From Eledone cirrhosa (lineage: Eukaryota): DNA of 64,000 bases. Of this stretch, positions 11,945 to 24,197 are shown in pieces (the stretch's first letter is position 1; each line of letters opens with the position of its first letter). The stretch covers positions 41,974,001 through 42,038,000 of the forward strand of contig OZ024747.1 in NCBI GenBank assembly GCA_964016885.1, written 5' to 3'. Under the pieces are notes generated by a model. It saw only the letters and a list, made by a program, of their open reading frames with translations, was not told the origin of the DNA and did not search any database. The translations under genes were made by a program, and so were the position numbers.

Positions 11945-13342
11945 GTAAGAACTCTTACATATTATTTCTATTTGGAGTAGTTTACCTCTTATTATGTTTG
12001 CTTGTCTCTCTCTTCACTTTTCTGCCTATCTGATATCACTAATGTAGCTGGTGACATTTGTTTACTTCCCATCTAAACAGAAATCCAGTGGCTCAGCAGT
12101 TAGATATGCAAACATCTGTACTTTACTTAAATAAAATGGGAGTTGACATCAGGAAGATACCTAATCATAGAATTCTGTCTCGAAAAGTCTCATCCAACCC
12201 ATGCCAGCATAGGAAAATGGTTGTAAGGCTGCTAATGATGATGATTATGATATTATATATATATATATATATTATTAATTTATTTATTCTGTTATACATT
12301 TCTGTTGATTAAATATATTACACAGTGCACTTTATGCAGAGTTAGATGTCACTTTAAGTTGGTAGAGTGAAATACTTTATTTTTTAACCTTTTCATTTCC
12401 ATGAAAGAGAGCATAACTTAAAGATTTTTACATAAAATTATGATAGAAGGGTTTTAGATAAATATAAACACTATAGCCGTTTTCTTACCATATTTCTATT
12501 GAAGGACACTGTATATGGTTTTTCAATTAATTTTGAAAATGTTCAAGAATTTAGAGGGATTTAATAATATAACTAACTTTTTCATTAAGTTGGTGTTTAT
12601 CAAAAAATAGCTGTGATGTGAAAAAATATAAGATAGATCTTTCACTCTTTCATTATCATATTCCTAATGAAAGACGCTACCTATAATTTTCAAATCATTT
12701 TGAATTGATTTGGTAATATAACTAAATTTCTCAGCAGGTGTTGCTGGCCATTGTCTGTGGAAATGCCTTTGCCATTTTGTTGGCAGGATGCAGCCAAAAC
12801 ATTGCTCTGACATAGGTGTCGAGTCTGTCACCCTCACCCCTCTCCTTCTATCTTCCTTTGTCTAATAGTCCTTGCTCTTCCTCACCTTTTCCTCTCATTT
12901 AGGGCATTTATAGTCCTTTCAAATTCTGCTTCTTTTTTTATTTTACTTGAAATAAAATTTCATAAAAGTATAAAAAATAATTTTTTTTAAATTAACAAAG
13001 ATTCTTACATAAAATCATAATGGAAGGATTTTAGATAAATATAAACATTTTAAATAAACAGATTATACAATAAAACTAATTTTCAAATCATTTTGGTAAT
13101 ATAACTAACTTTCTCAGCAAGTTAAGGCAGTTTCAGGCAGTTTGGTATCAAATGTGTTAATGCTAAAATATGAAGCTGACATTATGAGTCTCATTGCCAC
13201 AACCACCAAAAATGTGACTCATATGAATTCAAATACATAATTTTCAACAACATAACCACACCAACAAAATATTTATACTACAAGGCAATTTCCTTTTACA
13301 TAATTTAAGTCTGCACAACAGCTTTACTTCTCTGTTTTTCAG

Positions 13343-13486
13343 TGGTCTCCGCCAAGCCAAGTGTCAATGGAGGAAAGCTTACATAATATTTTGACAGATA
13401 TCGAAACTCTTCAACTACATCGACTTTACAGTGGCTCTACGACTAAGTTATTTTGTATTATAGAATCGTGTGCAACTAAAAGACCT
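13343..13486 (+). CDS. TSC2: TSC2 exon (WSPPSQ...LHNILTDIE...ESCATKRP)
   Basis: tttcag/gtaagt; matches VHDLLTTVE...CADQRP. Confidence 0.92.
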
Positions 13487-14313
13487 GTAAGTTGTTTCTC
13501 ACTCAATAGGATTAGAGTATTAAACGACAATACCTTATTGTATTTTTGTTATGTTCTGTTTAAAATACAACGCAAACAAATGTATGAAAGTGGTGCCTTA
13601 GCATGGCTGCATTCCAATGACTGATAGCAATAAAAATGAAAAAAAAAAAAAAAAAAATTTATTTGTTTTTAAAAATAAATATTTGATGTTTTTTTTCAAT
13701 GTTATTAATACTAATACAGGTGCATATGAAAACACATCATACAATATGTATATATATTTTAGCCCTCTAGCATTTACATTACTCTATATATACTATTGTA
13801 TTTTCACAGTAAATGCTTTATCTCATAATTAGCTCACATAATATCGAATCTGAGATTTTGATATTCATTTTGAGAACAATACCTTAACATCAGTATGAGC
13901 GGCTGGTTACAGCTGGTTTGAACAAAGGTTAGAGAATTGTGTCCGGATACGGCCAGTTTAAAAGCTAAAGGGTTAAACATATATAAGTCTTGCTGTGAGT
14001 ATTTTAAACTTGATCATGTCACAGCTACCTCAGTAGCCATGTGATAATGCCAAACACAAGTGGTTTAATCTCTTGTTACTGAGGCAAAATAAGCTATCAG
14101 TTATATAAATTTTGCTTATGGTACATCTAAGGAGATACTCATTTGTGTACAGTGAGTCGATGATTTGGTACTAATTAGCTACTGCTAATTAGTTATTAAT
14201 ATTGGTAATTTGTTATGGGATCTTATGCAACTACAAGACTAAGTTATAGTTGTTGAAGAAATTTCTGTCCTACTGTTCTTCACTGTTTTATCCTTGGTTC
14301 CGTTCTGTTGCAG

Positions 14314-14417
14314 GCGGCATCTGTAATATCTTTGATAGATCATACAGCTGAAAGTTTGCATCCTGGAGAAGAGAATTGGCTTGAAAACCTTCAGCAACTT
14401 TTAGAAAAGTATTTCAG
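14314..14417 (+). CDS. TSC2: TSC2 exon (AASVISLI...LHPGEENWLENLQQLLEKYF)
   Basis: ttgcag/gtaatt; matches [20 protein letters not shown]. Confidence 0.93.
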
Positions 14418-14466
14418 GTAATTTCTTTGCTTTATATTTTGATTAATTCATAAAGTACCAGTCAAA

Positions 14467-14805
14467 TCATCATCATCATCATCATACGTTCGCTTTTCCC
14501 TGCTTGCAAGGGTGGGACGGGAACTGATTCTGGCTTGATTTTTACAGCTGGATGCCCTTCCTAACACCAACCTCATTTACAGTGAGTGCTGGGTGCTTTT
14601 TTGCCATGGCACCTCCACGACCACTTTGCAGTGGAATGATATGGACCCCAGTCCCTATCATCTCATTTCTACAGCTGAGTAAACTGGAGCAATGTGAAAT
14701 AAAGTGTCTTGCTCAAGGAAACAACACATCACCCGGTCTGAGAATTGAACTCACAACCTTTCAATTGCAAGCCCAATGCTCTAACCACTAAGCCATGTGC
14801 CTCCA
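14467..14805 (-). mobile_element. tRNA-derived SINE with RTE-derived 3' tail (family B)
   Basis: Reverse-complement homolog of 55593-55920; (CAT)n tail. Confidence 0.85.
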
Positions 14806-15310
14806 TAAATACATGAATTAATTTAATCTTGTATGATCTCATAACTCCTGGAGGGGGTTGTAGGGCTGCCGTACTGATATATAGCATTTCTAGAGCAGTT
14901 TTATTTATTTTTTTTTTTTTAAACTTGGCAGTGTCCATCACCTTTCCAGGTCTAAGTACATCAGATTTCTTCCAGAAAAGGAGAGAGGGGAAGTGAGAAA
15001 GAGATATAGAAGAAGAATCGACCCCAGTACTGGACTGGTACTTTTTTCATCAACCTCAAATGGATAAAAGACAAAGTTGACATTGGCAGGATTTGAACTC
15101 AGAGAGTAGAGAGCTGAAATGAATACAGCAAAGCAATCTATCTGATGTTCTAATGACTCTGGCAATTAGTCCCCTTTCATCTGCTCTACTCTCCCCTAAA
15201 AATGTTATCGCCTTCTACCAATGTTAGAAATGAGAATTGTATATTCTGTTTCCATGAAGTTTGTAAAATAATAGGTAAACTTTCAAGGTATCAAGTTCAT
15301 AAGTCTAAAC

Positions 15311-15438
15311 CAGTGGTTCTCAACCGGGGTCCACAGGCAAAAAATAGAATAAGCTTTTCTTTTGTCGAATGAGGGGGTCCACCCCCCCAAAAAATAAGAG
15401 AAAGGGGTCCATGAGTAAAAGAAGGTTGAGAACCACTG
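15311..15438. mobile_element. hAT (Charlie/MER5-like) MITE
   Basis: 15-bp TIR CAGTGGTTCTCAACC; 8-bp TSD GTCTAAAC at 15303-15310 and 15439-15446. Confidence 0.92.
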
Positions 15439-15882
15439 GTCTAAACTAATGACCTTTGGAACATCTCATTATACTGTAGTGACCTACATTCCGCGGTCTC
15501 ACATACATTCTCTGTGCGTAATTTGGCTCAACTCAGCCAATCAGCGCCAGTAGAAGAGAATGTATCCCTACGCGCTCTGAGGAAAAAATTCCTGCGTTGA
15601 TTTGAGAAATCTCTCTTGCGCGTTGACCTCGAAAAGGTAAACACCTATTTTCTTTCGTTGTGAAATCACTAGCCAACATGTAACACAACAACTTAACCAT
15701 GGCCTGGCAACACTTCAGCCAGTAGACCGTGCCTTAATTCGTTTGTTTTATCTCTCTTGACATGCCAGCTACTCAGCTCCACTCAGCTCAACCTTATTAA
15801 TAAATAATGTAAAACAAGCCATAGTCGTTGTCGATATTCCTAACATCTTACTACCAAACTTTTACCACAGCAATGCCTTTAA

Positions 15883-17349
15883 CCCTTTAGCATTCAAAGC
15901 GACAAAAACCGACAAGATTATGTCCCCTTTCATTTATTCAAACCGACAAAAACCGACATTTAATACCACACAGAGATTTCCTTCTAAAAATAAACATTGA
16001 CATCATCGAAATCTCGTCAATTCGAGATTACTGCGAGATAAAGCCCTTACGCGTGAAAATTAACTCTTAGTATAGTTAAAGAACTTGCGATAACACGTGT
16101 TTTTAACGTTGAAAGTGTAACATGGCTTCCGAAAGTAGTGACAACGAATTTGAAGGTTTTACGTCCGACGACATTCGAGATCAAAAAGAAACAGAAGATA
16201 ATATCAGTGATTTATTTTCAAATTAATCAGATACAATTATTTCTGATATATCAGATAATGATGATAGTTACTTTGAAAGTGAAAGAGAAGATTTGACTGA
16301 CACCATTGAAAAAACAGCAACGTGGTTGAAAGAAACATCGATACATGTTTCGGATTTTATTGAAAATATTGGACCACAACACACATTACCACCCGATGCT
16401 AAAGCACTGGATTATTATTTTTTATTTTTACCACAATCTTTCTTCGAAGTTGTGGCAAATCGCTATGCACAACAACAAATTTCTAATATCGGAAAACCCG
16501 ATCTGTTATGGCGTCCGACAGATTCTGCCGAAATGAAAGCGTTTTTTACCATAAATATTATGTTTGGTATTAAACAATTTCCACGACTGTGGAATTATTG
16601 GAGTACTGATATAAGGTTTGGTGACCCTTATATATCTAGTATTATGGCAAAAACGAGATTCATTAAATTAAACCAGTATTTGCATCTGGTTGATACTTCA
16701 AATGCCCCTGATAGAAATGAATCAAATTACGACCCACTGTACAAAGTACGACCATTAATTGAAATATTGTCAGAAAAATTTAAAAGTATGTATAAACTTA
16801 TATATTGGGAACTTTCTGTTACGTAATTTTACACCGTACATTTACAGAGTACATTGCCAATATTATTTTGACCGGTGAAAAGGTTTTATACATTTTTTTC
16901 AATGAAAATATTTGCCTGGAATGTAGAGAAAGACTAAAACCGTGTACTGATTACACCTGCATTTTTAATTAATTCACCTGTTCAGAAAACTGCTAGAATT
17001 GATGGAAATCAGCATCTAGGTCATTATTGGATTTTTTTGCAACAAATCTAACAGATAAGGCAGATAAAGTTTAAATTTTTGTGTTTATCCATAAAGTTAT
17101 TACTTTTACACCTGTTAATTAATTTCACCTGCCCATAAAAGTCAAATTTAATAAAAAAAAATCAGGTAAGAATATATAATTGTAAATTATAGTTATTTAA
17201 ACATCTACTGACAAAATTTCAAGTCTGCACATAGAAAATTAAAGTAATTACAAACAAATAAAATTGATAACCCTCTTGAGTATAATTAAGTGAAAATAAT
17301 GCGAATAGATGAACATGACATTTGACAATTCAATGTGAATGCTAAAGGG
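15883..17349 (+). mobile_element. piggyBac transposon, internally deleted
   Basis: TTAA on both flanks; 14-bp TIR CCCTTTAGCATTCA; transposase fragment inside. Confidence 0.93.
16122..16826 (+). pseudogene. piggyBac transposase N-terminal half; premature TAA at 16224, truncated at ELSV just before the first catalytic Asp
   Basis: Acidic N-terminus; EMKAFF...GI...YWS...IMAKTRF...LHL...DPLYKVRPLI motifs. Confidence 0.88.
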
Positions 17350-18112
17350 TTAAATGTTATATGGAAGGATTCCTTCACAGCAGCAACTGAACCTCAAGAT
17401 TCTTTGTGGTGATACATCTACTCTTAAAACTATCCTGTTAAAACTGGTGACTTTCAACGCAGGAGTATTTAAGCATGAAAACTCCTTTACAATATATATA
17501 TATATATATATATCAACCCAGTATTCTGTTAAAATACTATTAATGTGACAAACTGGCAGAGTTCTTAGAGCATCAGATTATATACCTTGCAGTATTTGTT
17601 CTGTCTCTGAGTTCAAATCTGGCCACGGTCAAGGTCAACTTTGCTTTTCATCCCTTTGGTTGGGGTTGATGAATAAAGTACAAGTCCAGAGTTATGGATT
17701 AAGGGAATTTTTATAAATACCTTTCTGCATAACACCTTTAACACTTTTCCCATCCAGGGTGTATTACCTTCTTCACATTACAGGTGAACCACCCCTCAAG
17801 CAACAAGGGAGTATATATCTGGTAGCTCAAATTGTACATAAATAGCAGTTAAATCTCCTAATCACACACTTTTACCTTTAAAAAGGGAAGGACACATTAA
17901 ATAATTTTTCATAAATACCCTTAAGTAGACAAGGATGGTCCTGGTTGGAATGCTTTTGATCATATATTTACTTAGTTAACCTAGGTTTAAACAGCATATC
18001 TAAACCAGCACAATCATCTTTATTTCCTTCAGTGCTCAGCATATTTCTCAAATGTACCTCTTCTTGGCCATTCATATTAATTAATTTTAATCTAACATTA
18101 ATTTTATTTCAG

Positions 18113-18194
18113 CCATGAAATTCGTACAGAAATCAGAATAAAGGCTCTTGAAGTTCTTTCCAATGTGTTATCAGTCAATCGTCAGATGTATGAA
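18113..18194 (+). CDS. TSC2: TSC2 exon (HEIRTEIRIKALEVLSNVLSVNRQMYE)
   Basis: tttcag/gtaagc; matches VRIKVLDVLS...NRQFYE. Confidence 0.94.
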
Positions 18195-18277
18195 GTAAGC
18201 AATCTCTATTTCTCTCTCTCTCCATGTTCTCTATTCCATTATTGAAACTTTAGGGATTGAAAATCTGTTGATGCTTT

Positions 18278-19500
18278 CATCATCATCACCGTTTTACGTC
18301 CGTTCTTCCATGCTAGCATGGGTTAGACGAGTTGTCCTGTTGTGGGCAGTGTCTGGTCGGCTGACCATGCCTTGCTCATACAGGAACTGATTTTGGCTTG
18401 ATTTCTACAGCCGGATGCCCTTCCTAACACCAACCTCATTTACAGTGAGTGCTGGGTGCTTTTTTTTTCGTGGCGCCTACACGTCCACTTTACAGTGTGG
18501 GCTGGGTGCTTTTTTGCTGTGGCACCTCCACGACTACTTTGCAGTGGGAGGGTGTGGGGGGCATATTGTCTATATGCTTCAGCTTGTACCCATGGGAGTC
18601 GGGTACTCTGTATTACTGCGTGACACCAGAGATCACGGTTGTGTGTCATCGCCTTTGAGAGGTGTAATTGGGTAAGGTCGGCTTTTATCACCTCATCCCA
18701 GGTTTTCTTGGGTCTCCCCACTCCGCAGTTTCCATTGACTTCTAGTGCTCTGCATCTTTTTATGCAGCTGTCATCCTTCATACGCATCACATGTCCATAC
18801 CAATGCAACCACCTCTCCTGCACACAGCATTTGATTCCTCTTATGCTCAGTCTCTCTCTCAATTCATTTATGCTTTGCCGTTCACGTATATTACTATTAC
18901 ACATCCATCGGAGCATGCAGGCTTCGTTTCTTTCTAATCTACGTAAGTCTTCCACCTTCAGCGCCCAGGTCTCACTACCATGTAACATTGCTGTTCGGAT
19001 ACAAGCATCATACAGTCTGCCTTTCATTTTGAGGGAGAAGCCTTTTGCAGCTAGCAGTGGCAGTAGTTCCCTGAACTTCTTCCACCCTGTTCTTACCCTA
19101 GTTATTGTACTTTCTGAACACCCACCTCCGCTGGTAATTCGGTCACCTAGGTAGCAGAAGCTGTCTACTGTTTCTACAGAGCCCTCCCAGAGATTGGTGG
19201 TATTTGTTTCCTGTGGCTGTTTGCTGCTTGCTGTCCCAGCACAGCTGCTACATGTGAAGCCTACATTCTTAATTAAGCTTCCTGAGATCCCGCTACATCT
19301 CTTGTGTACCCATTGTTTGCATTTGGGGCAGAGAATGAAGTTCCTACCGACACCTTTCCTACATACTGAGCAAGGCCATTTCCCTGAGGGGATCTGGGTT
19401 CTGTTTTCTCGTCTACTTACAAGGACCTTAGTCTTTGTCATGTTGACTTTCAGACCCTTTCTTTCTAGTCCCTGCTTCCAAGTTTGGAATTTTAGGGACT
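18278..19500 (-). mobile_element. RTE-clade LINE, 5'-truncated (RT C-terminus with zinc-finger insert, 3' UTR, (GAT)n tail)
   Basis: GLKVNMTKTK, FCYLG, LHGSETW, WYGHVMR, GRPKKTW motifs. Confidence 0.92.
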
Positions 19501-19917
19501 GAAAAGCTGTTGAAGCTTCTATATAGTCTTTCAACCTACTAAAAATAGCTACCAAATAACTTTTTGCTGCTTCAAATATATCTTTACTGGTGGACAAATC
19601 ATTGTAAAAATTTACTATATTGAAATGAAGACTTTTATTTTTAATGTGATAAGGTCATAATGCTGTTTTGTACTGTTAAGGAATGTCTTGCTAATGTGGT
19701 TTCATGTAGTTTGTTAATTGAAATGTTTATAGTAATTTTACTAGTGGACAGAACGTTGTGAAAATTTGCACTAAAATAAAGACATAAATATTTAATGTGA
19801 GATAGTCATAGTACTGTTTTGTACTTTCCAAGAATGTCTTGCTAATGTTGTTTTATGTAATATAGGATGTTACGACTTAATAACTTTATCATTTTCTTTG
19901 TGTTTCTTTTTATTTAG

Positions 19918-20064
19918 GATAAGCTTGTGGAAATTGTGATCACATTTCTTCGTCGTTTGGAAACTGATCCAGATTCTGCTGTACGTAAAGCTGGTGCTGA
20001 ACTTTTGTTAAGTATTGTTCCTTACAGTAGACACCATACATACCTACTGGAAATAATTCATAGG
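19918..20064 (+). CDS. TSC2: TSC2 exon (DKLVEIV...DPDSAVRKAGAELL...LLEIIHR)
   Basis: tttag/gtaagt; phase 0-0. Confidence 0.92.
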
Positions 20065-20133
20065 GTAAGTCACACATATTTCTATTGTACACATTTGCTG
20101 TTTCTTTTAAACAGAACAAAAATGGTGACATAT

Positions 20134-20465
20134 ATCATCATCATCATTTCATTTTACGTCCGCTTTTTCCCTGCTTGCAAGGAAGGGACGGGAACTGATT
20201 TTGGCTTGATTTCTACAGCTGGATGCCCTTCCTAACACCAACCTCATTTACAGTGAGTGCTGGGTGCTTTTTTGCCGTGGCACCTCCACCTCCACTTTGC
20301 AGTGGAATGATAGAGACCCCAATCCCTATCATCTCATTTCTACAGCTGAGTAAACTGGAGCAATGTGAAATAAAGTGTCTTGCTCAAGGAAACAACACAT
20401 CACCCGGTCTGAGAATTGAACTCACAACCTTTCAATTGCAAGGCCAATGCTCTAAGTGCCTCCAT
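20134..20465 (-). mobile_element. SINE family B copy
   Basis: Near-identical to 14467-14805. Confidence 0.85.
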
Positions 20466-20477
20466 ATATATATATAT

Positions 20478-20675
20478 CCAGAGTTGACATTGCACTCAGT
20501 GCTCCTGTGGGAGCCCCACACTGGAAGAGGAAGACCAAGGTTAATGTATTTTGATGCCCTAAGGGCAGACACTGGTCTGTTGGAGACGCAGGACATGGCA
20601 GCGATAATGAGGGACAGTGACCGCTGGAGAGAACTCGTCCATGGATCTCGGGAATTTTACCCGCCCTAGATAGAT
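20478..20675 (+). mobile_element. 3' fragment of another RTE-related LINE family; related fragments at 42060-42480(-) and 55940-56510(+)
   Basis: VLLWEP..GRGRP..Y.D.L..DTG...M.D...WR C-terminal motif. Confidence 0.6.
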
Positions 20676-20688
20676 TATATATATATAT

Positions 20689-21053
20689 ATATATTGGTAA
20701 AAGGAAAAGAAAATGCTGACAAATTGTTCCCAGTGAAAAATAGTTTAATTAGGAATAAGTAAAAATTAGTAATAAGTATTGGTTAGTATTCAGTTTTGGT
20801 TTTAAGTTCTACCGGTTGCGCATTTCTAATGCTTTTCAAAAATAATTTTGAGATAGAGCGCCCGTGATCAAACATCACGGGCGCTCTATCTCAAAATTAT
20901 TTTTGAAAAGCATTAGAAATGCGCAACCGGTAGAACTTAAAACCAAAACTGAATACTAACCAATACTTATTACTAATTTTTACTTATTCCTAATTAAACT
21001 ATTTTTCACTGGGAACAATTTGTCAGCATTTTCTTTTCCTTTTACCAATATAT
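20689..21053. repeat. Perfect palindrome (180-bp arms, 5-nt loop) containing a hammerhead-like motif; probable Penelope-like terminus
   Basis: 20689-20868 is the reverse complement of 20874-21053; loop CAAAC. Confidence 0.9.
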
Positions 21054-21220
21054 CATAACTCGTGTGTTACACCTCTATTCTTTTAAATATATATAAAATT
21101 ATAATACAGAGTGAGAAATTCACAATAAGTCCCCTATGATCAAGGGAGCTCAAGGAAAAGAGACCAAGCTCAATATAAATCATATTAATGGGAGAAGGCA
21201 CATAATAAATTATGTCAGAT

Positions 21221-22193
21221 AATAGGGGATAAAATTCTACCCTGGTAAAGCACATAAAAACTACGGGTGGAACAGTAAATACAAATTAATAAAATAATCA
21301 AAATATACATACCTCCACTATAACGATATATACCTGGACATATACGCTATATATACACACATATATTGGCATAATATATACAACACATACATACATATAT
21401 TTCATGTTTCGCTATGAAAAATGCGAAGAATCATAATACTCGCAGGAGCTTTTCAACTGGTGTCCCTGCTTCTTGGGAACCTCACATACTAAAGGGAGAG
21501 AGGGAATATAACTAACCTCAGGAAGTGCATACGGGTTAGCCCAGGGCAGCTTGAATACGGTATCAGCGGTCCATAGTCAATCAAGTGTTGTATATATTAT
21601 GCCAATATATGTATATATAACGTATATCTTATGTCCAGGTCATCATCATCATCACCGTTTTACGTCCGTTCTTCCATGCTAGCATGAGTTAGATGGGTTG
21701 TCCTGTTGTGGGCAGTGTCCAGTCGGTTGACCTTGTCTTGCTCATATGGGAACTGATTCTGGCTTGATTTCTAGAGCTGGATGCTCTTCCTAACACATAG
21801 CTCATTTACAGTGAGTGCTGGGTGCTTTTTTTCCACGGCACCTCCACGTCCACTTTACAGTGTGGGCTGGGTGTTTTTTTGCCGTGGCACCTCCATGACC
21901 ACTTTCCAGGGGAATGATAGGGACCTCAGTCCCTATCATCTCATTTCTACAGCTGAGTAAATTGGAGCAATGTGAAATAAAGTGTCTTGCTCAAGGAAAC
22001 AACACATCACCCGGTCTGAGAATTGAACTCACAACCTTTTGATTGCAAGCCCAATGCTCTAACCACTAAGCCATGCACCAGGTATATATCGTTATAGTGG
22101 AGGTATGTACATTTTAATAATTTTATTAATTTGTATTTACCGTTCCACCCATAGTTTTTATGTGCTTTACCAGGGTAGAATTTTATCTCCTAT
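21221..22193. repeat. Imperfect inverted repeat (21221-21386 vs 21585-21640 plus 22078-22193); right arm split by a SINE
   Basis: Reverse-complement matches read by eye. Confidence 0.8.
21641..22077 (-). mobile_element. SINE family B copy with CCAGGT target duplication
   Basis: Homology to 55593-55920; CCAGGT at 21635-21640 and 22078-22083. Confidence 0.85.
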
Positions 22194-22270
22194 AATTTAT
22201 TATTTGCTTTCTCTCATTGTTATGATTTATATATATATATCTAATATTTATGCACACACACACATATGTT

Positions 22271-22313
<43 letters not shown>

Positions 22314-22315
<2 letters not shown>

Positions 22316-22690
22316 CCGTGTAGGCAACATGGTAAAAACCTCCCAGACCCACACTGTAAATGTGGTTGGTGTTAGGAAGGGCATCCAACTGTAGAAAACC
22401 TGCCAGACAGTCCTATGCGAGCAAGACAGTCACTCTTGCCTCAAGTGGGACTACCCCCGTCCAAACCCATGCAAGCGTGGAACACGGACGTTAAACGTTG
22501 ATGATGATGATGATGATGATATATATATTAACTGTAAATGTGGTTGTTGTTAGGAAGGGTATCCAGCTGTAAAAACTCCCACCCAAATTTACAACCCTGT
22601 CGGAGAAAAGTGTGGCGTGGTCAATCGTGGCCAGTCTTGTCTCTGGATGTGGACGATCCGTCTGGAAAAATGGACGTAAAATGGTGATGT
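22314..22690 (+). mobile_element. Two RTE 3'-tail fragments within a (TA)n tract
   Basis: First is nearly identical to 52493-52696; (GAT)n tail. Confidence 0.8.
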
Positions 22691-23985
22691 AGATATTTAT
22701 ATATATATATATATGTATGTATGTATATATGTATGTATATATGTATGTATATATATGAGGCAAAGTAAAAAGTGTATAATGCTTGTGCTTTGTCCTGTTT
22801 GGTGTATGCATCTGAGACTTGGGTCATTTACTGACAGCATCTCAAAAGGTTGGAGCACTCTCATCAACAGTGTCTTCGACATATACAGGGCATCTACTGG
22901 AAAATTCTTGTGAGTGACACTGAAGTCCTTGAATGCAGTCAGTCGACTAGTATAGAGCCTTTCATATTTCAACATTGATTAAGATGCATTTCTAGGCAGT
23001 TCCTGTATGCTGAGCTGCTCGAATGTAAATAACTGGCGCACAAACCAAAATTGAGGTACAGGGATTGCATTAAAACTAAACTGAAGAAGATGAAAATTTA
23101 TACAGGAATCCTGAGATTGCTCTGGATTTATGATACACATTTGCTCCTTTTAAAATGTTTATTCTTATATCAAAACCTTTCGTCATCATTTTATTCTAGA
23201 CATTTTAAGTGATGTTCTCAATATCAGTTCACTAATGAAAAACTTATTTTTGGTTATGTTCAAAATTATTTGAAACATAAGCAGTGTCTTTCATAAGAAA
23301 CACAGTAATGAAAGCGTTAAAATGGGTTGTTTTGTTTCATAGAACCAAAGGCAAGTTTTCGGTGGGTTCGTATCAAAGGGATTAAACGTTCATTTCTCTG
23401 TCTGGTGATATATTTGTTTTGGCCAATGTTAATATTGATTTTTAATTTAGAAACAAGGTCAACAATTTGTGGGGAGGGGAAAAGGTGATTAAATGAACCC
23501 CAATACTTGACTGGTACTTTATTTTCTCAACCTAGAAAGGCAAAGTTGACCTTGGTGGGATTTTAACTCAGAATGTAAAGAACCAGAACAAATACTGCAA
23601 TAGCATTTTATCTGATGCTCTATCAATTCTGTTAATATTAATTTCTAATTTAGGCACAAGGCCAATAATTTGTGAGGAGGGGGAAAGTCAATTATATTGA
23701 CCCTAATGCTTTACTGATACTTTATTTTATTGATTCCAGAAGGATGAATAGTAAAGTTAACCTCAGCAGGTTTTGAACTCTGTATGAGCAAGACATGGTC
23801 ATCTGATCCAACTTGTCTCACAGTGGGAAAACTTGTCTAATCCATGCTAGTGTGGAAAAATGGACATTAAATGATGATGAATGTAAAGATCAGAACAAAT
23901 ATTGCCATAGCGTTTTATATCCAGCATTCTATTAATTCTGTTAATATTGCAGTTTTATCAGTTGTGCTGTGAATTATTATTGTAG

Positions 23986-24111
23986 GTAATAAAGAAACCT
24001 GTGCAGTTGTGGTTACAATCAATTGAGGGACAGAATGTGAAACACCACTTAAATGATCCATTGGTGGGAGACACACGAGAACTTGTAAAAGCTATGGTGG
24101 ACACTTTTAAG
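23986..24111 (+). CDS. TSC2: TSC2 exon (VIKKPVQLW...AMVDTFK)
   Basis: tgtag/gtgaga; open frame, phase 0-0. Confidence 0.85.
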
Positions 24112-24197
24112 GTGAGAGCAACCTTTTCTAAAAAGCTGCATTACAATAGTTGTATTTCAGTGTGTTAGTAAACAGTGTTCTTTCTTTCTTTTTTTAA

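Noticed and set aside
16293-16826. Domesticated PGBD gene or TSC2-PGBD fusion exon
   Set aside because: Upstream in-frame stop, loss of the catalytic domain and intact TIR/TSD indicate a defective transposon; no clear acceptor seen.
18440-19597. 385-aa antisense gene
   Set aside because: A truncated RTE ORF2 read through into flanking intron at its N-terminus.
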